Assembly (NCBI GenBank): GCA_019417975.1
Contig: DYCT01000001.1
Location: 2,932 to 32,633, forward strand
Direction: 5' to 3'
Origin: Bacteroides sp.
Lineage (GTDB): Bacteria > Bacteroidota > Bacteroidia > Bacteroidales > Bacteroidaceae
DNA length: 29,702 bases
In this document: in pieces, positions 16,930-26,765 of the stretch
Position numbering within the stretch: the stretch's first letter is position 1
How the letters are laid out: the number at the start of each line of letters is the position of its first letter
Notes under the pieces: generated by a model
What the model saw: the letters and a program-made list of their open reading frames with translations, nothing else
Told to the model about the DNA's origin: nothing
Databases searched by the model: none
Made by a program: the position numbers and the translations under genes

Positions 16930-17517
16930 ATGAACGAGATACATTCTATTTGTGTTTACAGTGCTTCGAGCACACAAATATCTCCTTGTTATTTCCAAGC
17001 AGCCGAACGATTGGGACAACTGTTGGCCGAGCGAGGAATCCGTTTGGTGAACGGTGCCGGAGGATTGGGCTTGATGCGTGCTGTTATTGATGCGGTAATG
17101 AGTCATGGCGGACAGACAACCGGGGTAATCCCTCATTTTATGGTACAGCAGGGATGGCATCATCCGGGAATGACCGAGTTGATAGAGGTGGAAACGATGC
17201 ATGAACGAAAGCAACTGATGGCATCGCTTTCTGATGCTGTTATCGCTTTGCCGGGAGGCTGTGGTACGTTAGAGGAACTTTTTGAAGTGATTACTTGGAA
17301 GCAGTTGGGTTTGTATTTAAAACCGATTGTTCTGCTGAATGTGAACGGTTTCTTCAATCCTTTGTTGGATGTGTTGGATAAAGCGGTTGCCGAGCACTTC
17401 ATGCGTGAGCAACATAAAGATATCTGGAAAGTAGCAGCTACACCCGAAGAGGCGATAGAGTTGGTATATACCACTCCGTTGTGGAATCCGGATGTACGTA
17501 AGTTTGCTGCTATATGA
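16930..17517 (+). CDS. LOG family nucleotide phosphoribohydrolase (TIGR00730-like)
   Basis: GLMRAV, TMHERKQLM, PGGCGTLEE. Confidence 0.92.
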   Translation: MNEIHSICVYSASSTQISPCYFQAAERLGQLLAERGIRLVNGAGGLGLMRAVIDAVMSHGGQTTGVIPHFMVQQGWHHPGMTELIEVETMHERKQLMASLSDAVIALPGGCGTLEELFEVITWKQLGLYLKPIVLLNVNGFFNPLLDVLDKAVAEHFMREQHKDIWKVAATPEEAIELVYTTPLWNPDVRKFAAI

Positions 17518-18368
17518 AAGCAAAGACATTAGAGATGGACTCATTGGGCAGGAATACAGATTCGTTGGAAATCAAGTTAACGACAGACTCCTTGTCGCAG
17601 CATGTAGCCGATTCGGTTGCTGTAAGAGACTCTTTGTCTGTTGTTCAAAGTGTAGAAGAGTTGCATCCCGGACTTCCGGGCGACCCTTTGCCTTATCGGC
17701 TGAGCGGTGATACCGGAGTGATGATTCTGTTGTGCTTCTGCTTCTTATTTACGGCACATGTCTTGTCATCGGGAAGACGCTTCTTGCTGCAACAGCTGAA
17801 AGAGTTTGTTTATATCAATACTCGGAGCAGCTCGCGAGGTGGCTCTACGGCCGACGATTTCCGCTATAGGCTGATATTGGTGGGGCAGACAGTAGTGTTG
17901 CTGGGCATAAGTAGTTTCGATTATTTTGTGGACCAACACGATGGGCTGCTTCGTGGAATCTCCACTTGGGGAGTGCTTGGCGCTAATATTGGGATATGCG
18001 TAGCCTATTTTTTAGTCAAATGGCTGTTGTATTCCTTTTTGGGTTGGGTCTTCTGGGATAAAAGTAAAAAATCTGTATGGATGGAGTCTTATTTCGTATT
18101 GCTCTCCTATTTGGGCTTCTTGTTTTTCCCCTTTGTGCTTACCACTGTTTATTTCGATGCTCCTCAGTGGGAAATGTGTATAATTGGGCTAGTTTTGCTC
18201 GTTTTTATGAAAATACTGCTGTTCTATCGGTGGGTAAAACTTTTTTTTAACGATATATATGGTCTGTTCGGTTTAATTTTATATTTTTGTGCCCTTGAAT
18301 TAATGCCTTGTCTTGTTATGTTCAAGGTATTAAGCGAAATCAATCAAATATTGCTAATAAAAATTTAG
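17514..18368 (+). CDS. Membrane protein (DUF4271-like)
   Basis: Multiple TM segments, C-terminal ILYFCALELMP, directly upstream of hemD. Confidence 0.75.
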   Translation: MKAKTLEMDSLGRNTDSLEIKLTTDSLSQHVADSVAVRDSLSVVQSVEELHPGLPGDPLPYRLSGDTGVMILLCFCFLFTAHVLSSGRRFLLQQLKEFVYINTRSSSRGGSTADDFRYRLILVGQTVVLLGISSFDYFVDQHDGLLRGISTWGVLGANIGICVAYFLVKWLLYSFLGWVFWDKSKKSVWMESYFVLLSYLGFLFFPFVLTTVYFDAPQWEMCIIGLVLLVFMKILLFYRWVKLFFNDIYGLFGLILYFCALELMPCLVMFKVLSEINQILLIKI

Positions 18369-18372
18369 GACA

Positions 18373-19122
18373 TTGAAGATTAAAAAAGTACTTGTATCGC
18401 AGCCGAAACCCACTTCAGAGAAGTCCCCTTATTTCGATATAGCAGAGAAATACGGTGTAAAAATAGATTTTCGACCTTTTATTAAAGTAGAATGTCTTAC
18501 CTCAAAAGAGTTTAGGCAGCAGAAGGTTTCTATCCTTGATCATACAGCGGTTATTTTCACTTCTCGCCATGCAATTGACCATTTCTTTCATTTGTGTGGG
18601 GAGTTGCGTGTGACAGTTCCGGAAACAATGAAGTATTTCTGTACCTCAGAAACAATTGCGCTCTATATCCAAAAGTATGTACAGTATAGGAAGCGTAAGA
18701 TTTTCTTCGGCGCAACAGGTAAGTTTGAAGATTTGATGCCTAGCATTATCAAACATAGCACCGAAAAGTATTTGGTTCCGATGTCGGACGTTCATAATGA
18801 TGAAATCAAGAATATGCTCGACAAGCAAAACATCCAACACACAGAAGTGGTGATGTATCGTACGGTCAGCAATGATTTCAAACCGGAAGAAGAGTTCGAC
18901 TATGACATGTTGGTGTTCTTTAGCCCATCGGGTATCTCTTCTTTAATGAAGAACTTCCCCAATTTTGAGCAGAAAGATATCGCCATCGGTTGTTTCGGAC
19001 CTACCACAGCCAAGGCTGTACGAGATGCCGGCTTGCGTCTGGATTTGGAAGCTCCTACGGTAGAAGCTCCGTCGATGACGGCCGCTTTGGATATGTTTAT
19101 CAAAGCGCATAATAAGAAATAA
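18373..19122 (+). CDS. hemD: Uroporphyrinogen-III synthase family protein
   Basis: TTG start; KVLVSQPKP, IFTSRHAID, MYRTV, FFSPSGI, GCFGPTTA. Confidence 0.88.
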   Translation: MKIKKVLVSQPKPTSEKSPYFDIAEKYGVKIDFRPFIKVECLTSKEFRQQKVSILDHTAVIFTSRHAIDHFFHLCGELRVTVPETMKYFCTSETIALYIQKYVQYRKRKIFFGATGKFEDLMPSIIKHSTEKYLVPMSDVHNDEIKNMLDKQNIQHTEVVMYRTVSNDFKPEEEFDYDMLVFFSPSGISSLMKNFPNFEQKDIAIGCFGPTTAKAVRDAGLRLDLEAPTVEAPSMTAALDMFIKAHNKK

Positions 19123-19150
19123 GAAAATTTCTCTTTATTAAAGATAAACG

Positions 19151-19187
19151 AAGGTGTGCCGTGCTTGTATATGGCACACCTTTTTTT
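19151..19187 (+). terminator. Intrinsic terminator after hemD
   Basis: AAGGTGTGCC...GGCACACCTT stem ending in a T7 run. Confidence 0.85.
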
Positions 19188-19206
19188 CTAAAAGAAGCCA
19201 AATGTA

Positions 19207-19602
19207 ATGGAAATGAATTTATTCAGTAAGTCCGAACGTCTTTGTAGTCGAAAGGCTATTGAGGCTTTGTTTGCAGGAAATGCGAAATCGTTTTCGGCTT
19301 TTCCATTGCGCGTGGTATTTCTTCCTCTTGATCAAGCAGGCGAAGTGCCGGCTTCGGTGATGATTAGTGTTTCCAAGAAGCGTTTTAAAAGAGCGGTGAA
19401 ACGCAGTCGGGTAAAACGTCAGGTACGTGAAGCTTACCGTAAGAACAAGTATGAACTTTGGCAGATACTCACTGCCAAGCAGCAGGGGTTGCATATTGCT
19501 TTTATCTATCAAGACAAGGAACTTCATCCTTCGGCTGAGATAGAAAGTAAAGTGAGCTATCTGTTGCGACGGATTGTGAACCATTTACAGCAAGAGTCAT
19601 GA
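19207..19602 (+). CDS. rnpA: Ribonuclease P protein component
   Basis: [33 protein letters not shown] (RNR-type motif). Confidence 0.93.
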   Translation: MEMNLFSKSERLCSRKAIEALFAGNAKSFSAFPLRVVFLPLDQAGEVPASVMISVSKKRFKRAVKRSRVKRQVREAYRKNKYELWQILTAKQQGLHIAFIYQDKELHPSAEIESKVSYLLRRIVNHLQQES

Positions 19603-19820
19603 AAAAGCTGTTGTCTTGGATTTTATTGCTTCCTATCTATTTTTATCGGTCGTGTATTTCTCCTTTAACCCCTCCATCGTGTCGGTTTACACCTACTTGT
19701 TCTCAATATGCTATAGAGGCTATTAAGAAACATGGACCTTTTAAAGGACTCTATTTAGCGATTCGACGTCTGTTGCGCTGCCATCCTTGGGGTGGTTCCG
19801 GATATGACCCTGTTCCTTAA
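19599..19820 (+). CDS. yidD: Membrane protein insertion efficiency factor
   Basis: [33 protein letters not shown]. Confidence 0.96.
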   Translation: MKKLLSWILLLPIYFYRSCISPLTPPSCRFTPTCSQYAIEAIKKHGPFKGLYLAIRRLLRCHPWGGSGYDPVP

Positions 19821-19826
19821 TCAGAA

Positions 19827-20444
19827 ATGACTTTCTTCGATTTTCATACGCATACGTTGCGAGAAGATGCATTGGTGAGCTGTATGCCCCATACCTTTTC
19901 GCCTTTAGCTCATCGGTATTATTCGGTAGGCATTCATCCGTGGCATTTGTTGGATTGTGATGAGTCGGAATGGAGTCTGCTGAAAAGACAGGCTTTGCAT
20001 CCGCAGGTATTGGCTATTGGTGAAGCAGGATTGGACCGGTTGGCAACCGCTCATTTGGAGCAGCAGATAGAGGCTTTTTGCTGGCAGGCTTCTTTGGCCG
20101 AAGAGGTGCAGAAGCCGATGGTGATTCATGCAGTGCGTACTTCGAACGAGTTGATAGCATTGCGCAAGAAGTTGCAAGCAAAGGTTCCTTGGGTCATACA
20201 TGGATTTCGAGGCAATCGGCAAGTGGCAGAATCGTATTTGCGGGCGGGTTTTTATCTGTCGTACGGTGAAAGATATCAGGTAGAGGCTTTGCGTATAACT
20301 CCTCCTGACCGTTTGTTGTTGGAAACGGATGAAGCGGTTGTTACTATTGCGGAAATATATAGAAAAGTGTCGGTCGATTTGAATATTCCGGTAGAATCTC
20401 TTGGGAAACAGGTCTATGAAAACCTCCAAGGTATTATTTTTTAA
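19827..20444 (+). CDS. TatD family hydrolase
   Basis: DFHTH, GIHPW, IGEAGLD, IHGF, LLETD. Confidence 0.92.
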   Translation: MTFFDFHTHTLREDALVSCMPHTFSPLAHRYYSVGIHPWHLLDCDESEWSLLKRQALHPQVLAIGEAGLDRLATAHLEQQIEAFCWQASLAEEVQKPMVIHAVRTSNELIALRKKLQAKVPWVIHGFRGNRQVAESYLRAGFYLSYGERYQVEALRITPPDRLLLETDEAVVTIAEIYRKVSVDLNIPVESLGKQVYENLQGIIF

Positions 20445-20474
20445 GGTAAAGTTGTATCTTCCATGAAAGAGTCG

Positions 20475-20482
20475 TACTTTTG
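20475..20482 (+). promoter_or_regulatory. -7 promoter box for tyrS
   Basis: TACTTTTG matches TAnnTTTG. Confidence 0.6.
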
Positions 20483-20533
20483 CCTTTCCAATATAAGAGT
20501 AAAAACAATTAATTTTAAAAAGATAATCATTCG

Positions 20534-21826
20534 ATGAATTTTGTAGAAGAATTGAAGTGGCGTGGCATGGTGCATACCATGATGCCGGGTACAGAAGAAC
20601 TGTTGGAAAAAGAAATGGTGACGGCTTACTTGGGCATTGACCCTACAGCCGATTCTTTGCATATCGGCCATTTGTGTGGCGTGATGATGTTACGTCATTT
20701 CCAGCGTTGTGGTCATAAACCATTGGCATTGGTCGGTGGAGCTACCGGTATGATTGGTGACCCTTCTGGTAAGTCGCAGGAACGTAATTTGTTGGACGAA
20801 GAGACACTTCGCCACAATCAGGAATGTATTAAAAAACAGTTGGGTAAATTCCTCGATTTTGAGTCGGATGCACCAAACCGTGCAGAGTTGGTGAACAATT
20901 ATGATTGGATGAAAGGTTTTTCATTCCTCGATTTTGCACGCGAGGTAGGTAAGCATATCACTGTAAACTACATGATGGCAAAAGATTCTGTACAAAAACG
21001 TTTGAACGGAGAGGCACGTGATGGCCTTTCATTTACAGAGTTTACATATCAGCTGTTGCAAGGTTATGATTTCCTTCACTTATATACAACAAAGAACTGT
21101 AAATTGCAGTTGGGTGGTTCTGATCAATGGGGAAATATCACTACCGGTGCCGAATTGATTCGTCGTACCAATGGAGGTGAAGTTTTTGCTTTGACTTGTC
21201 CGTTGATTACCAAAGCTGATGGCGGTAAGTTCGGTAAAACAGAATCTGGTAATATTTGGTTGGATAAACGTTACACTTCGCCTTATAAATTCTATCAGTT
21301 CTGGTTGAATGTGAGCGATGAAGATGCTAAGCGCTACATCAAGATTTTCACATCTTTGTCGAAAGAAGAAATCGATGGATTGGCTGCAGAGCACGAACAG
21401 GCTCCTCATTTGCGTGTTCTTCAGAAACGATTGGCGAAAGAAGTGACGGTGATGGTTCATTCTGTCGAAGATTATGAAGCAGCGGTAGAGGCTTCTGGCA
21501 TTTTGTTTGGTAATGCCACTTCCGAAGCTTTGAAAAAGTTGGATGAAGATACGCTGTTGGCAGTATTCGAAGGTGTTCCGCAGTTTGAAATCGACCGTAA
21601 TGTATTGACCGAAGGGGTGAAGGCTGTAGATTTGTTTGTAGAAAATGCTGCGGTATTTGCTTCGAAAGGTGAGATGCGTAAGTTGGTACAGGGAGGCGGT
21701 GTTTCTCTGAACAAGGAAAAAATGGAAGCATTCGATCGCTTGGTAACAACCGACGATTTGCTTGATGGTAAGTACTTGTTGGTACAGCGTGGCAAGAAAA
21801 ACTACTATTTAGTGATAGCTAAATGA
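20534..21826 (+). CDS. tyrS: Tyrosine--tRNA ligase
   Basis: [28 protein letters not shown]-terminal S4-like domain. Confidence 0.98.
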   Translation: MNFVEELKWRGMVHTMMPGTEELLEKEMVTAYLGIDPTADSLHIGHLCGVMMLRHFQRCGHKPLALVGGATGMIGDPSGKSQERNLLDEETLRHNQECIKKQLGKFLDFESDAPNRAELVNNYDWMKGFSFLDFAREVGKHITVNYMMAKDSVQKRLNGEARDGLSFTEFTYQLLQGYDFLHLYTTKNCKLQLGGSDQWGNITTGAELIRRTNGGEVFALTCPLITKADGGKFGKTESGNIWLDKRYTSPYKFYQFWLNVSDEDAKRYIKIFTSLSKEEIDGLAAEHEQAPHLRVLQKRLAKEVTVMVHSVEDYEAAVEASGILFGNATSEALKKLDEDTLLAVFEGVPQFEIDRNVLTEGVKAVDLFVENAAVFASKGEMRKLVQGGGVSLNKEKMEAFDRLVTTDDLLDGKYLLVQRGKKNYYLVIAK

Positions 21827-21845
21827 AAAAAAAATAGTGAAAAGA

Positions 21846-21877
21846 TTTGGTAGTCTGCTCGCAGACTACTATCTTTG
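21846..21877 (+). promoter_or_regulatory. Full Bacteroidetes promoter for tRNA-Gln (TTTG-N20-TATCTTTG)
   Basis: -33 TTTG at 21846-21849, -7 TATCTTTG at 21870-21877, 20-nt spacer. Confidence 0.8.
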
Positions 21878-21907
21878 CACCGCTTTTTAACGAAAGCACC
21901 TAATGTT

Positions 21908-21978
21908 TGGACTATGGTGTAATGGTAGCACAACAGGTTTTGGTTCTGTTTGTCCAAGTTCGAATCTTGGTAGTCCAA
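21908..21978 (+). tRNA. tRNA-Gln (anticodon TTG)
   Basis: Acceptor TGGACTA/TAGTCCA, anticodon arm ACAGG-TT-TTG-GT-TCTGT, T arm CCAAG-TTCGAAT-CTTGG. CCA not encoded. Confidence 0.96.
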
Positions 21979-21983
21979 CCTCG

Positions 21984-22021
21984 AAAACTCCTTAGAATAT
22001 TACTTCTGAGGAGTTTTTTTT
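21984..22021 (+). terminator. Intrinsic terminator after tRNA-Gln
   Basis: AAAACTCCTTAGAA-TATTAC-TTCTGAGGAGTTTT followed by further Ts. Confidence 0.88.
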
Positions 22022-22065
22022 ATGTTTAATTTTGTTGGTTTCGAACATTGAAAGCATAAAAAGTG

Positions 22066-22073
22066 TACATTTG
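22066..22073 (+). promoter_or_regulatory. -7 promoter box for the ABC ATPase-pdxB pair
   Basis: TACATTTG matches TAnnTTTG. Confidence 0.5.
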
Positions 22074-22171
22074 TCTTAGAATAAGAAAGCATTTCAGTGA
22101 ATATCGGATATTCGAGGTGTATTGTGCCTGCTTCTTGTTTTAAATATATTTCAGATTGAGAGAGAAAAAAT

Positions 22172-22870
22172 ATGTCCATTCAGTTATCGCATGTAAGTAA
22201 GCGTTATGGCCGTCAGGAAGTGTTATGCGACATCAGTTTTCAGCTACAGCCAGGCGATGTGGTTGGTTTTTTGGGACGTAATGGCGCAGGGAAGTCTACC
22301 TGTATGAAAATCATTACCGGAGGAGTGTGTCCGGATTCGGGACAAGTGGAGGTCTGTGGTCATTCGTTGGTCGATGAGCCGATGGAAGCACGTCGCTGTA
22401 TGGGGTATTTGCCGGAGAACAATCCGTTGTATGGCGAAATGACTCCACGGGTGTACCTACAATATGTGGCTGGAGTTTATCGGATAGATAAGGCAGAAAC
22501 ACGTGTGGAAACGTTGTTGGAGCAGTTTCATTTGCAAGTCGAAGCAGACAAACCCATTGCTTGCTTGTCGAAGGGAAACAAACAGCGGGTGGGATTGGCA
22601 CAGGCACTTATCCATGATCCAAAGGTGCTCGTGCTCGACGAACCGTTTTCGGGGCTTGACCCGATGCAACTTGGCGAAATGCATGAGCTGGTGCGTACCA
22701 TTCAAGTCGATAAAGCCATTCTGTTTTCCTCACATAGTTTGTCTGAGGTAGCTGATTTGTGTAGTCGGTTGCTTATTCTGCATGATGGTGTGTTGAAAGT
22801 CGATGCTCCCATAGCAGACTTGACCCAGCAAGATACATTGGAACATATATTTAAAGAAATGACCCGATGA
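22172..22870 (+). CDS. ABC-2 type transporter ATP-binding protein, GldA-like
   Basis: GFLGRNGAGKST, GYLPENNPLY, LSKGNKQRVGLAQALIHDP, LDEPFSGLDP, SSH. Resembles Flavobacterium GldA from memory. Confidence 0.85.
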   Translation: MSIQLSHVSKRYGRQEVLCDISFQLQPGDVVGFLGRNGAGKSTCMKIITGGVCPDSGQVEVCGHSLVDEPMEARRCMGYLPENNPLYGEMTPRVYLQYVAGVYRIDKAETRVETLLEQFHLQVEADKPIACLSKGNKQRVGLAQALIHDPKVLVLDEPFSGLDPMQLGEMHELVRTIQVDKAILFSSHSLSEVADLCSRLLILHDGVLKVDAPIADLTQQDTLEHIFKEMTR

Positions 22871-23910
22871 AAGTAATCGTTGACGATAAGATTCCTTATA
22901 TAAAAGGACAGATTGAGCAGTATGCCGATGAAGTAGTTTATCTGCCCGGAAAGCAGTTTACTCCTGAAATTGTTCGTGATGCTGATGCCTTGTTTATACG
23001 TACTCGTACCCAATGTACGCGAGAACTGTTGACCGGAAGTCGGGTACGTTTCATAGCTACAGCTACCATTGGTTTCGACCATATTGATACTGCTTTTTGT
23101 CGTGAAGCCGGTATTTTATGGGCCAATGCACCTGGTTGCAATGCGGCTTCAGTAGCTCAGTATGTACGTGCTTCGTTGTTGCTGTTGGAGTTGAAACGTG
23201 GATTATGCTTGTCGAAAAGCTGTATGGGCATTGTCGGTGTAGGACATGTCGGTGTCAGGGTTGAACAAGTGGCTAAGGAGTTGGGTATGCAAGTGTTGCG
23301 TTGTGACCCGCCACGTGCCCGTATAGAAGGCGAAGCTGGCTTTGTGTCATTAGATACCATTGCACGTCAGTGCGATGTCATAACCTTTCATACCCCATTG
23401 ATTCGTGAGGGGGAAGACTGTACTTATCATTTGGCAGATGAAGCTTTCTTTGGTTCGCTTCAGCGTAATCCGGTGTTGTTTAATACTTCTCGAGGGGAAG
23501 TGATAGATACGGAAGCTCTTGTTCAGGCTTGGCGTATGGGAAAGCTGCGTGAGATGGTTCTTGACGTATGGGAGCATGAGCCCGATATCAATCGCTATTT
23601 GCTTTCGGAAGCATTCTTGGCGACTCCACATATAGCCGGTTATTCTGCCGATGGCAAAGCCAATGCCACTCGTATGTCTCTTGATTCTTTTTGCAGGTTC
23701 TTTGGGCTTGAACCGCATTTCACGGTCGAAGCACCGATGCCGGATTGTTCGGTTATTTATGCAGCTACACAGGCAGAGGCTCTCTTGCAGATGTACAATC
23801 CGGAGTGCGATAGTGAGGCATTGAAACAACATCCCGATACATTCGAACAATTGCGTGGCAACTATCCGTTGCGTCGAGAGGCGGTAGCCTATCGAGTGGT
23901 GCTTCAATAA
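22867..23910 (+). CDS. pdxB: 4-phosphoerythronate dehydrogenase
   Basis: TATIGFDHID, NAPGCNA, GIVGVGHVG, FHTPL, LDVWEHEP, TPHIAGYS, LRGNYPLRRE. Confidence 0.95.
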   Translation: MKVIVDDKIPYIKGQIEQYADEVVYLPGKQFTPEIVRDADALFIRTRTQCTRELLTGSRVRFIATATIGFDHIDTAFCREAGILWANAPGCNAASVAQYVRASLLLLELKRGLCLSKSCMGIVGVGHVGVRVEQVAKELGMQVLRCDPPRARIEGEAGFVSLDTIARQCDVITFHTPLIREGEDCTYHLADEAFFGSLQRNPVLFNTSRGEVIDTEALVQAWRMGKLREMVLDVWEHEPDINRYLLSEAFLATPHIAGYSADGKANATRMSLDSFCRFFGLEPHFTVEAPMPDCSVIYAATQAEALLQMYNPECDSEALKQHPDTFEQLRGNYPLRREAVAYRVVLQ

Positions 23911-23938
23911 GGAAGCTGATAGAAAGTCGTGTGAGAGA

Positions 23939-24580
23939 TTATTTCCGTCCGAAATCGGCCGGAACTTCTCCCCAAAGTTTGGTTTCCCATTTGATGATGC
24001 GGGTGTTGTATGTATTTTCTTTGAGCCATTTCTCAGCCCGTTCGATAAGTAAGAATAAAGCTTCAGTCTTTTCGTTGCGTACCAACAGCGTTTTGCATTT
24101 TTTCTTTTTTACCCAACCGATAGCTGTTTGGCTATCGGAATAGATAGGCATATTCAGATTTTTTTGTTTGAGCAAGGCCAGTCCGTGTACGATGGCTAAA
24201 AATTCTCCGATATTGTTTGTGCCTTGTACAGGTCCGTAATGGAAGATTTCTCGTTTATCTCTTAGGTACACGCCTCTATATTCCATAGGGCCCGGATTTC
24301 CGCTACAAGCGGCATCTACAGCGATGCTTTCCCATTCCACGGCTGTCGGTAATTCATTGGAAGGACTTTTTTTCGAAAGGTTTGCGTTTGAGTTTTGGTT
24401 TTGTTTGTTCAAGTAGGCAAAAGGCGATGAAGCGTAAGCCCGTTCTGCTTCCTCTTTACTCTCGAACGATTTGTATTGTGCGTTTTTTATCCCTTTTATT
24501 CGAAGTTGGCATTCTGTCCAGGAGTCATAAACACCCGTTTCTGTTCCTTGCCATACGACATAATATTTCTTTTTGCTCAT
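23939..24580 (-). CDS. rnhA: Ribonuclease HI with N-terminal hybrid-binding (caulimovirus viroplasmin-like) domain
   Basis: KYYVVWQG..GVYDSW, AVDAACSGNPG, TNNIGEF, IYSDS, WGEVPADFGRK. Confidence 0.92.
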   Translation of the reverse strand: MSKKKYYVVWQGTETGVYDSWTECQLRIKGIKNAQYKSFESKEEAERAYASSPFAYLNKQNQNSNANLSKKSPSNELPTAVEWESIAVDAACSGNPGPMEYRGVYLRDKREIFHYGPVQGTNNIGEFLAIVHGLALLKQKNLNMPIYSDSQTAIGWVKKKKCKTLLVRNEKTEALFLLIERAEKWLKENTYNTRIIKWETKLWGEVPADFGRK

Positions 24581-24602
24581 AGTCCGGTTGTCTTGAAAGG
24601 GG

Positions 24603-24995
24603 TTAGGCGTGTTTGTCGAAATAAGGACGTAGTTTGTAATAGCCGATTATGCATGCCAAAAAGACTCCGGTGCTGTTGGCTAATAAATCCATCCATTCGC
24701 CACTGCGGTAAGTCGTCATATAGGCTTGCATCAGTTCGATGAGTCCACCCATTAAAATAGGTAACAGGCCGGCTCCCACAAGCACACGTCGTAGATTGAA
24801 TTGGTTGTGGTGCTTCTTGAGGTATTCTACCCATAAAAGTCCGCTCAGTGTCCCATACATGCCAATATGTACCAGCTTGTCCAGATGTGGGATGGTAATT
24901 TCTTCTTCCATTTGGGGAGGATTGAACAACGACAAGAAGAGTATTACTGCAATGGTGAGCAGCGAAAGCGGATATTTTTTTAGGTATTGTAGCAT
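24603..24995 (-). CDS. VanZ family membrane protein
   Basis: DKLVHIGMY, GGLIELMQ, RSGEWMDLLAN. Confidence 0.88.
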   Translation of the reverse strand: MLQYLKKYPLSLLTIAVILFLSLFNPPQMEEEITIPHLDKLVHIGMYGTLSGLLWVEYLKKHHNQFNLRRVLVGAGLLPILMGGLIELMQAYMTTYRSGEWMDLLANSTGVFLACIIGYYKLRPYFDKHA

Positions 24996-25024
24996 ATATC
25001 GCGTGAGATAGATTCGTTTGGTTA

Positions 25025-25032
25025 CAAAATTA
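25025..25032 (-). promoter_or_regulatory. -7 promoter box for vanZ-rnhA
   Basis: Reverse complement TAATTTTG matches TAnnTTTG. Confidence 0.5.
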
Positions 25033-25136
25033 CATGTTTTTTTGTGAACAGAGAAGAGGATGGTCCGAAATAAATAAATCTTGTCGTGCAGAGAAGATGT
25101 CTGCGAATTTTAAAGGATGGTTTTGTTTCTTTATTG

Positions 25137-25144
25137 TACCTTTG
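25137..25144 (+). promoter_or_regulatory. -7 promoter box for the ComEA-like gene
   Basis: TACCTTTG matches TAnnTTTG. Confidence 0.55.
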
Positions 25145-25187
25145 TAAGTACTTAAATCTAATGCTGGGCTAAAGTAAATAAGTTGTT

Positions 25188-26117
25188 ATGAGAGTAGATT
25201 GGCGGGACATCTTTTGGGTGAGCAAAAACGAGCGGAAGGGCATACTGGTGGCCTTAGGCGTAGCGATTGTTGCTGTGCTTATCATTGGCTTTTATCCGTT
25301 TGAAAGGTCATCGTTTACTCAAGTAAATGAAGCCGGAGAAGCCGATAAAGAAGCTTTCTTGCAATTTTTAGCTTCGGTAGAACGAACCGACAGTCTGCGC
25401 CTTAAGGCTGTGAAGCGAGGAGAAAAGCCGTTGTTGCCTACACCTGTGCTTGTTGCTTTCGACCCGAATGTCGCCGATTCGGTGGCATTTGTACGGCTTG
25501 GATTGAAACCATGGGTAGCACGTAACATATTACGCTATCGGGCAAAAGGAGGCGTTTTTCGGCGTCCGGACGATTTGGCGCGCATTTATGGCATCGAAGA
25601 GAGTCAGTTTCTTCAGTTGCGTCCTTATATACAAATAGGTGAAGCATTTCGGCCTGTAGTTCGCGATACGGTACAGAAAGTGCAGCGCGACACGCTTACT
25701 TCTTCTCGCATACAAAAGTTGGCTAAGGGCGTTTTGGTCGATTTAAATCAGGCAGATACTGCTTTGTTGAAGCGTGTGCCGGGTATTGGGAGCCGGTTGG
25801 CATGGATTATCGTCAACTATCGCAAACAGTTGGGAGGTTATTGTCGGGTAGAACAATTGCGCGAGCTCAAGCAGGTACCCGATTCATTGCTTGGTTGGTT
25901 TAAGGTTGAGGCGGTCGAACTGAAACAGTTGGATATAAATCGCAATAGCATCGAGCGTTTGAAAGCACATCCGTATTTGAACTTTTATCAAGCCAAAGTC
26001 ATTGTAGAGCATCGTCGAAGGTTAGGAAAGCTGAAAACGCTTGAACAGCTGGAGATGTATGAAGAGTTTACTCCGGCCGACTTGTCTCGTTTGAAGCCTT
26101 ACGTTCGTTTCGAATGA
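25188..26117 (+). CDS. ComEA-like membrane-anchored helix-hairpin-helix DNA-binding protein (three HhH modules)
   Basis: N-terminal TM; FDPNVAD..IYGI, VDLNQAD..VPGIGS, LDINRNS..HPYL modules. Confidence 0.88.
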   Translation: MRVDWRDIFWVSKNERKGILVALGVAIVAVLIIGFYPFERSSFTQVNEAGEADKEAFLQFLASVERTDSLRLKAVKRGEKPLLPTPVLVAFDPNVADSVAFVRLGLKPWVARNILRYRAKGGVFRRPDDLARIYGIEESQFLQLRPYIQIGEAFRPVVRDTVQKVQRDTLTSSRIQKLAKGVLVDLNQADTALLKRVPGIGSRLAWIIVNYRKQLGGYCRVEQLRELKQVPDSLLGWFKVEAVELKQLDINRNSIERLKAHPYLNFYQAKVIVEHRRRLGKLKTLEQLEMYEEFTPADLSRLKPYVRFE

Positions 26118-26760
26118 TTTTTCCATCGGTCAGATGGATGGTACGGTCGGTGAGTTGTGCCAGTCCTTCATCGTGAGTTACGATAACAAAAGTTTGCCCC
26201 AAACGGTCTCGCAAGTCGAAGAATAGTTGGTGCAGTTCTTCCTTGTTGTGTGTGTCGAGGCTTCCCGAAGGTTCATCGGCTAAAATCACTTCCGGTTTGT
26301 TGATAAGTGCGCGGGCTACAGCTACACGTTGTTTCTCTCCGCCCGACAACTCGTTGGGCTTATGTTGGGTGCGGTCGCTTAGTCCCAATAGTTTTAGAAT
26401 TTCCAAGGCTTGTCTTTCGGCTTCCTTTTTAGAAGTACCGGCAATGAAAGCCGGAATCATAACGTTTTCCAAAGCCGTAAATTCGGGTAATAACTGATGA
26501 AACTGGAAGATGAAGCCTATGTGTCGGTTGCGGAATGTAGATAGCTCGTTCTCGTTGAGGCGTTGTATCTCTTTTCCGTTGAAGAAGATGCTTCCGCTGT
26601 CGGGTTTATCAAGTGTCCCCATTATTTGCAGCAGGGTTGTTTTTCCTGCTCCGCTTGGACCTACGATGCTTACGACTTCTTTTGGCTCTATGGTCAGGTC
26701 AATGCCTTTCAATACTTGCAGTGAACCGAAATTCTTGGTGATTCCTTCGAGTTTTATCAT
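26068..26760 (-). CDS. LolD-like ABC transporter ATP-binding protein
   Basis: [58 protein letters not shown]. Confidence 0.9.
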   Translation of the reverse strand: MIKLEGITKNFGSLQVLKGIDLTIEPKEVVSIVGPSGAGKTTLLQIMGTLDKPDSGSIFFNGKEIQRLNENELSTFRNRHIGFIFQFHQLLPEFTALENVMIPAFIAGTSKKEAERQALEILKLLGLSDRTQHKPNELSGGEKQRVAVARALINKPEVILADEPSGSLDTHNKEELHQLFFDLRDRLGQTFVIVTHDEGLAQLTDRTIHLTDGKIIRNERKASNETSRPE

Positions 26761-26765
26761 GATGG

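Noticed and set aside
19207..19820. rnpA-yidD without rpmH/yidC as an unusual arrangement or oriC marker
   Set aside because: To my knowledge this is the usual Bacteroidetes arrangement; no dnaA or DnaA-box cluster was seen.
20445..20533. T-box riboswitch upstream of tyrS
   Set aside because: Leader is too short, AT-rich, and lacks the T-box motif and a terminator.
21847..21975. TTGGTAGTC shared by the promoter region and the tRNA 3' end, as a possible att site
   Set aside because: Only 9 bp, located upstream of the tRNA, and no integrase or downstream tRNA-fragment repeat was found.
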